The position numbers and the translations under genes were made by a program. DNA of 64,000 nt from Vampirovibrionaceae bacterium NZW_1234 (lineage in GTDB: Bacteria; Cyanobacteriota; Vampirovibrionia; Vampirovibrionales; JAGQHJ01): NCBI GenBank assembly GCA_041697335.1, contig JBGUGD010000035.1, forward strand, positions 159,151 to 223,150, read 5' to 3'. The notes below the pieces were generated by a model. It saw only the letters and a list, made by a program, of their open reading frames with translations. It did no database searches and was not told where the DNA came from. Every line of letters begins with the position of its first letter. The stretch's first letter is position 1. Below, in pieces: positions 18,658 to 29,284 of this stretch.

Positions 18658-19827
18658 ATGAGGCCACAGGCCTCGGATACTCACCTTGCCCAATCACTTC
18701 GGTTTGGGGAATCCGTGTTATATACGGAACAACACACTAAACGCCCTCAAAATTTGATCTTGAACGCCTTTCAAGCTCGTTTTCCTAAAGGCACAAAGCT
18801 CCTGGGAACGTTTTCCCCCCTGTCTCCAGTTCGGATCATGGAAATGGTCCGGAATCAGGGCCGAGAAATTCGGCTACGGGATCCTGAAAGTCAGATAGAG
18901 CATACCATTACCTATCGCAAACACCCTGAGCTCTTTGAAAAAATCCTTGCCACTAACCTGGTTTTGTTGAATCGATTGATTGACAGCCCCCAGAAACTAT
19001 TAAAAATAATTGAGCAATGGGAAACACAAGCCAAAATAAAGGCATCACAGGAAGCCATTGCCCCTCGTCGTACAACATTTTTTCATGCCAGCGACATTGA
19101 TCGGCTAAATCCTGAGTTGATTAAAGCCTTTGTCCGCCGATTTCCTGCAGGCAGCCGCATGTTAGCCGCTTCCCAGTGGAATAGCCCCGTAATGGTATAT
19201 CAGGTTGCGAAAAATAACGGGCGCTATCTTGCCCTGAATCACCCCTCCCTCCCCAAGCGGGAACGAAACCTTCTCAAAACAGATGCGGAACATTTGAAAG
19301 AACTTCTAAGACTTAACTTACCCTTGATCAACGAGGTCATAGATACGCCGGAAGAGGCCTATGCCTTAGCTTTGGAGCGTCACATCGATCGGGTTTATGC
19401 CGAGAATCAGCGCCAAAATCGCCCCGAAGTTCAATACCACACCATTGATAATAAAGATGCGATTTACCACCCCTGGGGCTTTACTCTGGAAGGTGACTTG
19501 ATTCTGGGGATGAATGCCTTCTTCCATCCGGAAGAAACCTTGCCCATCACTCGGCATACAGGCCATCCACCTGAACTTAAAACTCAGTTTGTTGCGCTGC
19601 TGCCACCTGTGTTACGTGCCCCGTATGTTGATGATCCGGCGAACAGGGACATGGATCTCATGGAGGTCATGCGAGAGAGGCTGGTTACGGCAAAAACCCG
19701 AAATTTGCGCCCAGTTGTGTCTGAAGGCCTTCGGGAAAAAACACCTTTTATTATCGTTTCTCCTGACCAGCCTGATACGGCGCTGACACCGGAAGAGGCG
19801 ACTCGTCTCTTCCGATTGAAAATATAA
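18658..19827 (+). CDS. Hypothetical protein with a tandemly duplicated domain and an N-terminal LRFG motif
   Basis: NAFQARFPKGTKLL / KAFVRRFPAGSRML and NLVLLNRLIDSP / NLPLINEVIDTP. Confidence 0.75.
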   Translation: MRPQASDTHLAQSLRFGESVLYTEQHTKRPQNLILNAFQARFPKGTKLLGTFSPLSPVRIMEMVRNQGREIRLRDPESQIEHTITYRKHPELFEKILATNLVLLNRLIDSPQKLLKIIEQWETQAKIKASQEAIAPRRTTFFHASDIDRLNPELIKAFVRRFPAGSRMLAASQWNSPVMVYQVAKNNGRYLALNHPSLPKRERNLLKTDAEHLKELLRLNLPLINEVIDTPEEAYALALERHIDRVYAENQRQNRPEVQYHTIDNKDAIYHPWGFTLEGDLILGMNAFFHPEETLPITRHTGHPPELKTQFVALLPPVLRAPYVDDPANRDMDLMEVMRERLVTAKTRNLRPVVSEGLREKTPFIIVSPDQPDTALTPEEATRLFRLKI

Positions 19828-19925
19828 CACATCGAACATTTTGGCCTTGGAAGACAGTGGGTTGTTTCTACTCGTCTTCACGTTACACTGATATTATTCC
19901 CAACTTGTTGTGATGAGGAAGGATA

Positions 19926-21077
19926 ATGAGGGATCCCTCAAAACGCATTCTAATTCTTTCTTCCAGCACTGGCGGAGGCCATCAAAGCGCTGCATGGGCG
20001 CTTCAAGATAGTCTAACCCGGCTATCTTTGGGTCAGGTCCTGGTAAACATTACCCAAGTTTTAGAAGAAGCCACCCCCATCACACGTCATTTGGCCACGT
20101 TTTATAACTATCTGCTGCGATATAACCAGCATTACATGCGTTATTACTACTGGGCCATTGAGAAAATCCGGCCCTATGAGTCCCACATGCTTTTTCAGCT
20201 TTGCCGCAAATATGGTTCTCAGGTCATTGATCACCTCGCTCCAACCACATTGGTTTCCGTGCATCCTATGACACAGCACTTTTTCGCCTACATGCTGAAG
20301 AAACTCCGGCTGATCGATCGAATCCCCCTGATTACAGTAGTGACCGACCCTTGCCGGGGCTTCTGGAAAGGCTGGGCGTGTCCGGAAGTGTCGCAATACT
20401 TTGTGGCCAGCGATGAAGCCAAAGCCCAACTGGAGGAGTTTGGTATTCCCAATGAGCGCATTGCCGTTTCTGGAATGCCCGTTCACAGTCGATTTCAACC
20501 CGTTTCATCCCTTGACGAGAAATATGTCCTTCGTCAACAACTTCAGCTGGATCCCCATCGTTTCACCATCCTGGTTAACGCAGGCTGGGCAGGTGGTGGC
20601 AACATCCCGCAGCTGTACGAAACATTGATGCAGGGGTCGCCCGAAAACATTCAACTGGTTTTCATGGCAGGCCACAACACAGCCCTCTTTGAAGAAGCGT
20701 CTAAACTGGCTCAAAATGTACCTTTTCCGGTTAATGTTCTGCCCTTTACAACCAACATGCACGAGTGGATGAATGCAAGCGACGTGATGATTTCCAAAAT
20801 GGGTGGACTGACGACCTTTGAAGCTATGGCGTGTCAACTCCCTATTCTTGCCGATTGCTTGACACCGCCCATGCCTCAAGAGCAAGGGACAGCTCGTTTT
20901 GTGGAATCCAACGGGGCAGGTATTCTCATACAAACCCCTCACCAGCTGGTTCAAGAGTTAGATACCCTCATCCATGTACCGGGCCGATACGAGCAAATGA
21001 AGCAAGCCGCCGCACGAATCGGCCGCCCGGGGGCATCCGATCATATTGCCCGTGAGATCCTCCAGTTCTCAGCTTAG
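19926..21077 (+). CDS. GT28 diacylglycerol glycosyltransferase (MGDG synthase/UgtP family)
   Basis: ILILSSSTGGGHQSAA, VSVHPMTQH, TVVTD, GMPV, SKMGGLTTFEA, PQEQG. Confidence 0.88.
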   Translation: MRDPSKRILILSSSTGGGHQSAAWALQDSLTRLSLGQVLVNITQVLEEATPITRHLATFYNYLLRYNQHYMRYYYWAIEKIRPYESHMLFQLCRKYGSQVIDHLAPTTLVSVHPMTQHFFAYMLKKLRLIDRIPLITVVTDPCRGFWKGWACPEVSQYFVASDEAKAQLEEFGIPNERIAVSGMPVHSRFQPVSSLDEKYVLRQQLQLDPHRFTILVNAGWAGGGNIPQLYETLMQGSPENIQLVFMAGHNTALFEEASKLAQNVPFPVNVLPFTTNMHEWMNASDVMISKMGGLTTFEAMACQLPILADCLTPPMPQEQGTARFVESNGAGILIQTPHQLVQELDTLIHVPGRYEQMKQAAARIGRPGASDHIAREILQFSA

Positions 21078-21201
21078 CAGGCACCCCCCATGAAAAAATT
21101 GCCTTTGCACCATGGGCCACGTTATGATGAGAAAATACCTGATTCCGCTGTTTTGGTATTGGGCTCCGCCCGTCATTGTTAACGCCTTGTTGAATGGATG
21201 T

Positions 21202-21951
21202 ATGGGACTTCTAGACGGTAAAAAAGCATTTATTTCCGGTGGCTCCCGCGGCATTGGAAAGGCCCTATGCGAGGTCTTTGCCCGTGAAGGCGCCGATGTG
21301 GCCTTTAATTATGTGAGTTCCGAAAAGCAAGCCCAAGACACACTCGAGGCCATTCGTCGCCATGGTCGAGATGGGTTGGCTTATAAAGTCTCTGTGACCG
21401 ATAAGCACGGCATTGTGAAAATGGTGGATGACATCCAAGAGAAATTTGGCGAAATCAACGTCCTGGTCAACAATGCGGCGGTCAATAAAGCAGACAATTT
21501 TGCCACAACCACTGAAAAATCCTGGCTCGAAATCGTGGATGTCAATATCAACGGGTTGTATTACATTACAAAACCCATTTACAAGAATATGCTCCGGGCC
21601 AAAAATGGCGGACATATCCTGAATGTTACCTCTATTGGTGCAATACGTGCGTTGCCAACGTCGGTCCACTATGCAACTACCAAGGCCGCTGTGGTTGGCT
21701 TTACTAAATGTCTGGCTCGAGAAGCTGCAAACTTTGGTATTTCAGTCAACGGGATTGCCGCCGGTATCTTTGATACAGACTTGGGGCACTCTTTGCCCGA
21801 TTTATTTAAAAATACCTATGAAAACTGGTGCATGAAGGGCCGCTTTGGCAACCCGGAAGAGTTGGCCGAATTTGCCGCCTTTATGGTATCCGATCGCAAC
21901 TCCTATATGACTGGCGAAATCATCGTAGTTGACGGCGGAACGGTTATTTAG
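21202..21951 (+). CDS. Short-chain dehydrogenase/reductase (FabG-like)
   Basis: SGGSRGIG, LVNNAA, YATTK catalytic motif, VDGG. Confidence 0.92.
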   Translation: MGLLDGKKAFISGGSRGIGKALCEVFAREGADVAFNYVSSEKQAQDTLEAIRRHGRDGLAYKVSVTDKHGIVKMVDDIQEKFGEINVLVNNAAVNKADNFATTTEKSWLEIVDVNINGLYYITKPIYKNMLRAKNGGHILNVTSIGAIRALPTSVHYATTKAAVVGFTKCLAREAANFGISVNGIAAGIFDTDLGHSLPDLFKNTYENWCMKGRFGNPEELAEFAAFMVSDRNSYMTGEIIVVDGGTVI

Positions 21952-21966
21952 ACCCTGCTGGACACG

Positions 21967-22950
21967 TTAAGGGCAAATTCGCCCAGGCAAGACGAGGCGT
22001 CCTCCTGGGGGTAGTACCAAAGGCATTCGATGCTGAACCTCGACCATCTGTTTCTGCAAGCCCTGGAGTCGAGTCTCTAGATTGACCATCTGATCGGTTA
22101 GAGATTTGAGCTGTTTGGCCCGAGCCAGGTCCAAATCTTTTTGGGCTGCCTGGGATTTCTCCTGGGCAGCAGCCACAAGAGACACTTTCCTATCCATCTC
22201 GTCCTGGTTTTTTACCTGGGCCGTTTGTCCTTGCATGACGGCTTCAATCTGCTGCTGCTGAGCCTGAAGTGAAGCCTGCATTTGCTTTATGTCCGCACTC
22301 AAATCTGCCATTTTGGTTGATAGTGTGCGAAGGCTTTTGTGATTGCCCTCGAGTGCGTCCGCCTGGTTCTTCAGGGCCTCTGCAAACTTACTATCAGATT
22401 GCTTCTTCTCTGCTTCCCATTGAGCTTTTACCTGGTCCTGCTGCCTTTCGAGTTCCGCTAGCCACTCAGCCAGATTTTCAAAGTGTTGTTCAATCAACGC
22501 TTGGTGCTTCTTCAATCGGGTGGTCCAGGCCAAGTCCATCATGTGTTCCCGATTCTTCGCTAGAGTGTCGATGACCTCGAGACGATGCAAAAAATCCTCT
22601 CTAAGCTTTTTTTCTCGAGCCAAACTGTCGGCTTGATGCGACTCCAATGTCCTTTTCAGCTCGGTCAGATCGGCCTGATGCTTTCGCTGAAGCTGACCTG
22701 CTCGGTGATACCCATCGAAGGCAACTAGACCGGACACCCCTAGAAGCGAGGCAATCCAGACAAGCCGACCCCGCCATGGTGAGGATGTTGTGGAGGAGCC
22801 GCCGGCCTTTACAGAAGACGAAGGCAATGTGGGCAGGCCCTCTACACTGTTCCTGGGCGTCTCCCGACTGGCATTGTCCTGATGCCCGAAACGAAACGGT
22901 GCCCTTTGGAGTTTCTCGGTCACAATCGACGTCACAATAAAGTTACCCAT
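21967..22950 (-). CDS. Single-TM coiled-coil protein with an N-terminal FRFG motif
   Basis: GGAGG RBS; TM segment LVWIASLLGVSGLVAF; long Q/E/K/L heptad region. Confidence 0.8.
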   Translation of the reverse strand: MGNFIVTSIVTEKLQRAPFRFGHQDNASRETPRNSVEGLPTLPSSSVKAGGSSTTSSPWRGRLVWIASLLGVSGLVAFDGYHRAGQLQRKHQADLTELKRTLESHQADSLAREKKLREDFLHRLEVIDTLAKNREHMMDLAWTTRLKKHQALIEQHFENLAEWLAELERQQDQVKAQWEAEKKQSDSKFAEALKNQADALEGNHKSLRTLSTKMADLSADIKQMQASLQAQQQQIEAVMQGQTAQVKNQDEMDRKVSLVAAAQEKSQAAQKDLDLARAKQLKSLTDQMVNLETRLQGLQKQMVEVQHRMPLVLPPGGRLVLPGRICP

Positions 22951-23070
22951 CCACAATACCTCCCCAAAACGCAACCCAGTTCCAAGGATATCACAACTCC
23001 AAGCAATCACGCCAACAGGGGGACCCTTTTACAGAGTCCCCGTCATGAAAAATCATTCAATGCTGAAGAG

Positions 23071-23298
23071 CTAGGAGGCTTTAACCTCTTTGACAAACTC
23101 ACGGCTGTCGCGGTTTTTCTTCAACAAGTGCCAAGCGGTACCAAAATCCCGCAGTGAATCCCGGTATTGTGGAGAATCTTTTCCATAATTTGCAGCAAAA
23201 TACGTTAAATGCAGCTCCGCTGCCATCACTTGAGCTGTTAACTCACCAATCTTGTCGTCCAAAAGAAAGTTCTCCACGATAAACTCCTTTAACACCAT
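23071..23298 (-). CDS. Small hypothetical protein
   Basis: 75-aa ORF after an AT-rich promoter-like tract. Confidence 0.55.
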   Translation of the reverse strand: MVLKEFIVENFLLDDKIGELTAQVMAAELHLTYFAANYGKDSPQYRDSLRDFGTAWHLLKKNRDSREFVKEVKAS

Positions 23299-23411
23299 TT
23301 TACATTACATTTATATTTATATAAAAACAATTTATATTCATTTAATGCTACTCAGAGCTCGTTTTGCCTCCTAAACGGGAAAAAATACTAAACCTATACC
23401 GGGCCTGAGCC

Positions 23412-24308
23412 TCAAGCACCAGAAGATGAAGGTAAAAAACGACACAATTGGCAAAACCAGGCCTCTTTGGGAAATGCCGATTGAATCTTCGGCCATTGCT
23501 CCTTTGTATCTGATATGAGTGCAAACAAGGTGGGTCCGCTGCCACTAATAATTGCTGATGTAAGACCTATGGCATTCAGGCGTGCCAAAGCCTCAGCCAG
23601 AATTGGATATCTAGGCAACAACACCGCTTCAAAATCGTTAGCCAGTAACGGGGCTAAAACATCAAATGTCACTTCAGAGGAAGGCTTGACCAACAGGGCC
23701 TCCCAGGCTGAAAAATCTCGCTCCTGATAGCTGTCAGCGTCCCGCATCCAACCATAAGCTTCCGGGGTGGAGATACCGAGGTTTAAGGGTTTGAGGAGCA
23801 CCCCTTGTAACGGGGGTAATGGCGGAACAGACTGAACTTTCTCCCCACGTCCTAAGGCAATGGCAGTCCCACCCACCAAAAAAAAGGGGACATCCGAGCC
23901 CAGGTTAGCTGCTAAGGCCAACAACTCCGCCTTGGGTAAGGGATTCTCGTGCAATCGCTGGAGTGCGCGAAGCATGGCGGCCGCATCCGAACTACCGCCC
24001 CCCAATCCAGCGGCCACCGGAACGTTTTTTTCCAGCCTCACAGTCATCGGCAGAGGGGCCATACCGGTGTGTTCATAGAACAACTCATAGGCCTTAACCA
24101 CAAGATTATCCGAGGTCTCCAAAGCTAGCTCTGAACAGCGAAAGCTCAGGCCTGAGGCTGACGCATCCAGGGAAATATCCAGCACATCCATCCAATCCAA
24201 AGTCTGCATGACAAAGCGAACCTCATGAAAGCCATCCTCTCGGACCCCAAGCAGATTTAAGAAGAGATTGACCTTAGCTGGGGCATTAAGACGAAGGATA
24301 GAGGGCAT
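23412..24308 (-). CDS. ispE: 4-diphosphocytidyl-2-C-methyl-D-erythritol kinase
   Basis: APAKVNLFL, DGFHE, KNVPVAAGLGGGSSDAAA, LGSDVPFF, SGSGPT. Confidence 0.96.
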   Translation of the reverse strand: MPSILRLNAPAKVNLFLNLLGVREDGFHEVRFVMQTLDWMDVLDISLDASASGLSFRCSELALETSDNLVVKAYELFYEHTGMAPLPMTVRLEKNVPVAAGLGGGSSDAAAMLRALQRLHENPLPKAELLALAANLGSDVPFFLVGGTAIALGRGEKVQSVPPLPPLQGVLLKPLNLGISTPEAYGWMRDADSYQERDFSAWEALLVKPSSEVTFDVLAPLLANDFEAVLLPRYPILAEALARLNAIGLTSAIISGSGPTLFALISDTKEQWPKIQSAFPKEAWFCQLCRFLPSSSGA

Positions 24309-25143
24309 CACATAAAGCTCCGAACGAGGCAATTGAAAGTTCTTGAGGACGGCTTTCCAAAGGAATTCCCGCCTGAACCATAGCTTGCTGCAGAGATTCC
24401 ACTGAGCCCAACTGGGCAATTTTGAAATTATTGAGCACCGTCTTACGCCGGTGCGTAAAGGCAATTTTAATCAACCGAGCAAGAGCCTTCAGGTTAGAGG
24501 CATCAATGGCAGGAACTCTGCGTGGTATAAGCTGCACCACCATGGAGTCTACCTTGGGTGACGGATAGAAAGCCCGGGCAGGGACCAAGGTCACCGGCGT
24601 TATGGTGAACCAGAATTGGGCTTGGAGGCTAAGCTGTCCGTAATCGGTGTCCCCAGGTTGGGCAATCAACCGATCGCCAACCTCCTTTTGAACCATCAGA
24701 ATGACTTTGTCCATCACTCCACGCAGAGGATATTGGGCATCATCTAACTCGCCAATTAATTGAAATAAAATTGGTCCGGTCAGGTGATAAGGCAAGTTTC
24801 CCACCACCACACCATGAGGATGCAACAACGGCATAAGATCCACTTGGCGAACATCCTGGTGGATTACTGAAAACCGGGGATGTTGGCCATATTGAGCTTC
24901 TAAGTACCGCACCATCTTGCTATCCACCTCAATGGCCGTCACCGGATGGCCCAATGCCAACAATTTCTCTGTCAAAAAGCCAGAGCCCGGCCCAATCTCC
25001 ACCAAGGGCATAGACGAATCCCCCAGTTCGGCAGCCGCTTGAATTCGAGTGATATAAGTCTCATCCACAAGAAAATTCTGAGAGAGCCCTTTCTTCAGGC
25101 GCAAGTCTTTAGCAATGCGGATAAGGTCGGGATTAGCAGACAC
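24286..25143 (-). CDS. rsmA: 16S rRNA m6,2A dimethyltransferase
   Basis: KKGLSQNFLVD, VEIGPGSG, GNLPYHLT, MVQKEV, FYPSPKVDS, RRKT. Confidence 0.96.
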   Translation of the reverse strand: MSANPDLIRIAKDLRLKKGLSQNFLVDETYITRIQAAAELGDSSMPLVEIGPGSGFLTEKLLALGHPVTAIEVDSKMVRYLEAQYGQHPRFSVIHQDVRQVDLMPLLHPHGVVVGNLPYHLTGPILFQLIGELDDAQYPLRGVMDKVILMVQKEVGDRLIAQPGDTDYGQLSLQAQFWFTITPVTLVPARAFYPSPKVDSMVVQLIPRRVPAIDASNLKALARLIKIAFTHRRKTVLNNFKIAQLGSVESLQQAMVQAGIPLESRPQELSIASFGALCDALYPSS

Positions 25144-26131
25144 GTTCCAACGCCAGCAAGGCCGCTCCCATAATTCCAGCCTTGTTGCCCAAGGCAGCCG
25201 GAGCCAGCTTGATTCCTTGATACATGGCCCGCTCTTGCGTCAGACGATGCAATTTATTCATATCTACAAAGGGCGCCATCCCGCCGCCAATGACCGTGAT
25301 TTCCGGATCCAGCACATTCAAAAGGCTTCCCAGGCCCACGGCAATATGAGCATGCCACTGGTCCATAACCTCTGCTGCAATGTAGTCGCCATGCTGATGG
25401 GCTTCAATCAAATGATGTGTGGTTACCTCGGAGATGGTTCCGGCGGCTCTCAAAATCAAGGAGCTTTCAGCATTAGGAGCCGCCCGCAATTGCTGCCGGG
25501 TGGTCTCGGCCAAGCCGGTTCCAGACGCAAAGGTCTCCCAGCAATCCCAGCGTCCACATGTACACAACCGCTCTTTGTGCATGGATACAGCAATGTGCCC
25601 ACCTTCAGCCGCCGAAAAATGAGCGCCTCGAACTAGGGCATTGTGAATCAACATTCCTACGCCTACACCCGTGCCTAAGGTAATGGCCATAACTTCGGAA
25701 TACCCTTTAGCCGCACCCATTCGGGCTTCGCCATAGGCAGCGGCATTGGCATCATTTTCGATATAAACCGGCATTCCCAGATGGGTTTCCAAGGTCTCGC
25801 GCAAGGATCCGATATCTCTCAACGCCGGCAAATTGCCGGTAGCCCCAAAAATTTCGCCGGTATCACTATTAATGGTACCAGCAGAGGCAATACCCAAACA
25901 TAGGGGCTTTAAATCCGCCTGGGCTATTAAAGGCTTTACCAGGGACTCAATGGCATCCACAAAGGCAGGCCCTTCATCCGGAGTGTTGACCTTGTGAAAA
26001 TGCTGCATGCCATCTTTCAGGCTAACCAATGCGGCACTGATCTTCGTGCCCCCAATATCCAGACCAACCGCAACAGCGGTTTCCGGAATACGTGGCATTG
26101 GACTGGTGGTTAAGGAAGGCTGCATCATCAT
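25133..26131 (-). CDS. ROK family sugar kinase (glucokinase-like)
   Basis: GLDIGGTKI, IENDANAAAYGE, TLGTGVG, EGGH, CTCGRWDCWE; start uncertain. Confidence 0.9.
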   Translation of the reverse strand: MMMQPSLTTSPMPRIPETAVAVGLDIGGTKISAALVSLKDGMQHFHKVNTPDEGPAFVDAIESLVKPLIAQADLKPLCLGIASAGTINSDTGEIFGATGNLPALRDIGSLRETLETHLGMPVYIENDANAAAYGEARMGAAKGYSEVMAITLGTGVGVGMLIHNALVRGAHFSAAEGGHIAVSMHKERLCTCGRWDCWETFASGTGLAETTRQQLRAAPNAESSLILRAAGTISEVTTHHLIEAHQHGDYIAAEVMDQWHAHIAVGLGSLLNVLDPEITVIGGGMAPFVDMNKLHRLTQERAMYQGIKLAPAALGNKAGIMGAALLALERVC

Positions 26132-26321
26132 ACATTTCACTCTAGGCCAAAGACATTGGGTTGGCAAGCTCATGAGCGATAATGAGGTTTAAAACGCCCT
26201 CAAACTGAGAGTAATTGCTAAAAAAAACCAACAAGGGGGCTCTAACCATACACAGTGTAAAACACCAGAGCAAAACTCTACCTAGCCAACATAAGCTTTT
26301 TCAGGAGCTTTATTCGGCGAT

Positions 26322-26349
26322 AAAAAAGGGACCAGCCCATGCCAGTCCC
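26322..26349 (-). terminator. Intrinsic terminator after rplA
   Basis: Minus strand GGGACTGGC-ATGG-GCTGGTCCC-TTTTTT. Confidence 0.8.
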
Positions 26350-26404
26350 CAATAATAATGTGTGTGTATAAAAAGCAACCGGATTGCGACGACTCGTTGG
26401 TAAA

Positions 26405-27139
26405 TTATACCCCCAAAATGTCGCGAATCTCGGTGGAAACCTTGCTGGCATCAACTTTGATGCTGGGCCCCATGGTGCTGCTCAGGTAAAGCGACTTGAC
26501 ATAAGTCCCTTTGGCTGCAGAGGGCTTCGCCCGAAGGACCGCATCCACCAAAGTAGCAAAGTTGCGCAACAATTGAGTTTCATTAAACTGAGAACGCCCA
26601 ATGGGAACGTGGACAATCCCTTGTTTGTCTGCCCGAAACTCCACTTTACCAGCTTTAATCTCTTTAATTGCGTTGGTGAGATCAAAGGTAACTGTACCGG
26701 TCTTGGGGTTGGGCATCAAACCACGGGGCCCCAGGAGTTTACCCAGTTTCCCCAACATACCCATGGCATCCGGAGTGGCGACCAGGACATCGAAGTCTAA
26801 CCAGTTTTCTTTTTCCATTCTTTCAACTAAATCTTCAGCACCTACAAAGTCAGCGCCAGCTGCTTTGGCTTCTTGCAGCTTTTCACCTTTAGCCACAACA
26901 GCAATACGAACCTCTTTGCCGGTGCCCTCGGGCAACACCACAGTGCTCCGCACCTGTTGATCAGCATGCTTGACATCAATCCCAAGACGCATGTGGACTT
27001 CGACGGTTTCGTTAAATTTTGCCGTATCGCTCAACGCCTTTTTCAAGGCCGCAATGGCCTCTTTTGAGGACGCTGGCTGAGCCAAGTCTTTCAACAGTTC
27101 TTGAAATTTTTGCTGACGTTTCGTTAACTTACGAGCCAT
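26405..27139 (-). CDS. rplA: 50S ribosomal protein L1
   Basis: [44 protein letters not shown]. Confidence 0.99.
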   Translation of the reverse strand: MARKLTKRQQKFQELLKDLAQPASSKEAIAALKKALSDTAKFNETVEVHMRLGIDVKHADQQVRSTVVLPEGTGKEVRIAVVAKGEKLQEAKAAGADFVGAEDLVERMEKENWLDFDVLVATPDAMGMLGKLGKLLGPRGLMPNPKTGTVTFDLTNAIKEIKAGKVEFRADKQGIVHVPIGRSQFNETQLLRNFATLVDAVLRAKPSAAKGTYVKSLYLSSTMGPSIKVDASKVSTEIRDILGV

Positions 27140-27154
27140 GAGACAAACTCCTTT

Positions 27155-27187
27155 CGTGGTACAAGCGAGCGTTTAACACTCTCCCAG
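27155..27187 (-). promoter_or_regulatory. L1-binding autoregulatory leader between rplK and rplA
   Basis: Minus strand GGGAG-AGTGT-TAA-ACGCT-CGC..ACCAC directly before the rplA RBS, matching the L1 site pattern. Confidence 0.6.
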
Positions 27188-27211
27188 CTTCTATAACAAG
27201 GAAAAAAGAAA

Positions 27212-27637
27212 TTAATCGACGACGTTGACACCCATGCTGCGGGCTGCACCACAGACCATTGAAGTCGCCGACTCAATGGTGTGTGCATTCAGGTCAGCCA
27301 GCTTGGTTTTGGCGATTTCTTCAGCCTGAGCACGAGTAATGGAACCCACTTTGTCCATGTTGGGTTTCGAGGAGCCTTTGGGAATGCCAGCGGCTTTGCG
27401 AATCAAGAAGGACACGGGAGGGGTTTTGAGGGCAAACGTAAAGGACCGATCTTCGTATACGAAAATCTCGACCGGAATAATCTGGTCACCTTTGTCGGAT
27501 GTTGCCGCGTTGTATTGCTTACAGAACTCCATAATGTTGACCCCGTGCTGACCAAGAGCCGGACCGACTGGCGGAGCCGGATTGGCCTTGCCCGCAGGCA
27601 ACTGGAGTTTAATTTTACCGATGAGTTTCTTAGCCAC
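27212..27637 (-). CDS. rplK: 50S ribosomal protein L11
   Basis: [30 protein letters not shown]. Confidence 0.99.
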   Translation of the reverse strand: MAKKLIGKIKLQLPAGKANPAPPVGPALGQHGVNIMEFCKQYNAATSDKGDQIIPVEIFVYEDRSFTFALKTPPVSFLIRKAAGIPKGSSKPNMDKVGSITRAQAEEIAKTKLADLNAHTIESATSMVCGAARSMGVNVVD

Positions 27638-27667
27638 TGGATAAAACCTCCACCTGAATCATTTTCG

Positions 27668-28321
27668 TTAAGCTTTGACAACCTGATTGAAGGCCAGCTC
27701 AACAGGCGTTTCCCGACCAAAGATAGACACCGTGGCTTTGAGTTTTTCTTTTTCGGCGTTCACTTCGGTCACCGTTCCTTCGAAATCGGCAAACGGCCCG
27801 CTGATAATCTTGACGTTCTCTCCGACCTTCAAATCGATTTGAATCTTTGCCGGTGCCGGTGCGCTCTTCATCAGAATGCGGCGAATCTCAGATTCCTTGG
27901 CTGGAATCGGTTTTTTCTCGGCACCCACAAACTTGGTGACTCCAGGCGTGTGGCGAACCACGTACCAGGAATCATCATCCATAACCATTTCAACCAACAC
28001 ATACCCGGGGAACAGACGCTCTTCACGCTCAACGCGCTTGCCTTCCTTGAGCTTCGTCACGGTTTTCTGAGGGACTTCCACCCGGAAGATCTTGTCCTGC
28101 ATGTTCATAGACTCAATCCGGCGTTCCAGGTTCACTTTGACCTTGTTTTCATGACCGGAATAGGTATGAACGATATACCACCGTTTCACCTTGGGACGAG
28201 CCGCCGTAGCTGCCTGACGTGCAGCACGGCTTGGCGCTTGACCGTAGTCAATTTCCTGCGGCGGTTCTTCTATTTGGGTTAAGGGCTCTAACCCTTGGAG
28301 GTCTTCTCTTTCAGCCATCAC
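27668..28321 (-). CDS. nusG: Transcription antitermination factor NusG
   Basis: [40 protein letters not shown]. Confidence 0.98.
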   Translation of the reverse strand: MMAEREDLQGLEPLTQIEEPPQEIDYGQAPSRAARQAATAARPKVKRWYIVHTYSGHENKVKVNLERRIESMNMQDKIFRVEVPQKTVTKLKEGKRVEREERLFPGYVLVEMVMDDDSWYVVRHTPGVTKFVGAEKKPIPAKESEIRRILMKSAPAPAKIQIDLKVGENVKIISGPFADFEGTVTEVNAEKEKLKATVSIFGRETPVELAFNQVVKA

Positions 28322-28348
28322 GGTCTTACTCGTTTCCTTCTTTTTCCC

Positions 28349-28621
28349 TTAGGTAATTGCTTGGATTACCAGCTGAAACACTTTATCAATGACAAACACA
28401 AAGAGACTAAACAAGGTAACCACCACCAAGACCACACCGGTTTCGGCAATCACCTGAGTGCGGGGGGGCCACGTAATCTTGGACCACTCCTGGCGAACCC
28501 CTTTAAAATACTCTTTTAAGTCAAAGGGTTTCTCCGCATTGGATCCAGAAGACCCTTTAGGAGTGTTTTTCTTGCTTTCTCGTGATGCGTCCAATTTTTG
28601 TCTCACAGAGGTTTGCGGCAT
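28349..28621 (-). CDS. secE: Preprotein translocase SecE
   Basis: EWSKITWP plus a single TM; located between tRNA-Trp and nusG. Confidence 0.95.
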   Translation of the reverse strand: MPQTSVRQKLDASRESKKNTPKGSSGSNAEKPFDLKEYFKGVRQEWSKITWPPRTQVIAETGVVLVVVTLFSLFVFVIDKVFQLVIQAIT

Positions 28622-28683
28622 TTCAACAGTTAATCCAAATGGTTGATCGTTATTGTATCGAGAAAGTCCCTAAAAAACAAAAT

Positions 28684-28755
28684 CGCGCCCTGGAGGATTT
28701 GAACCCCCGACATTCGGTTTTGGAGACCGACGTTCTGCCACTGAACTAAGGACGC
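28684..28755 (-). tRNA. tRNA-Trp(CCA); 3' CCA not encoded
   Basis: GCGTCCTTAGTTCAGTGGCAGAACGTCGGTCTCCAAAACCGAATGTCGGGGGTTCAAATCCTCCAGGGCGCG. Confidence 0.96.
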
Positions 28756-28780
28756 CCATGGGGAGTATGCACTCCCACAA

Positions 28781-28945
28781 CTACTTGGTTTCCCGATGCA
28801 AGTGGTGACCATTGCAACGTGAACAATATTTTTTCAACTCCAACCGACCGGTGGTGTTCTTTTTGTTTTTCACCGTGGTGTAGTTGCGTTCCTGACACTC
28901 GGTACAGGCCATTGTAATAATTTTGTCTTTCTTCTTAGCACCCAT
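28781..28945 (-). CDS. rpmG: 50S ribosomal protein L33 (Zn-binding form)
   Basis: [33 protein letters not shown]. Confidence 0.97.
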   Translation of the reverse strand: MGAKKKDKIITMACTECQERNYTTVKNKKNTTGRLELKKYCSRCNGHHLHRETK

Positions 28946-29284
28946 TGGTATGACACACCTTTCGTCAGTATGACTGTGGACTGATATGGTAACGTCAACA
29001 CATGGGCATGTCAACCTCTGCCCCAGAGCCTGAAAAGCCGAGAAAAACAGTGCAAATCATCCTCTTAATGACAGTTTTGTTACATCGCCCATGATTTACA
29101 GAGTGGAAGCGGGGCTGATAGAATTTTCAATCATATGATATAAAACTGCACCGAGGGGCCTTTACCCTCAGCATCACCACCGGTTAAACTCATCAATTGC
29201 GTGATTCGAGTAGAGGGGACCATCCATAATGATAAGCACTTGCTATGGCATTTTATCAACCTCATTTCAAAAGAGGGCTTACTA

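Noticed and set aside
22951..23010. Extra in-frame LRFG upstream of the 22950 start
   Set aside because: It runs into the GGAGG RBS of the ATG at 22950, so it is probably untranslated; it also shows that short FG matches can arise by chance
27281..28282. 333-aa plus-strand ORF
   Set aside because: Antisense shadow of nusG and rplK
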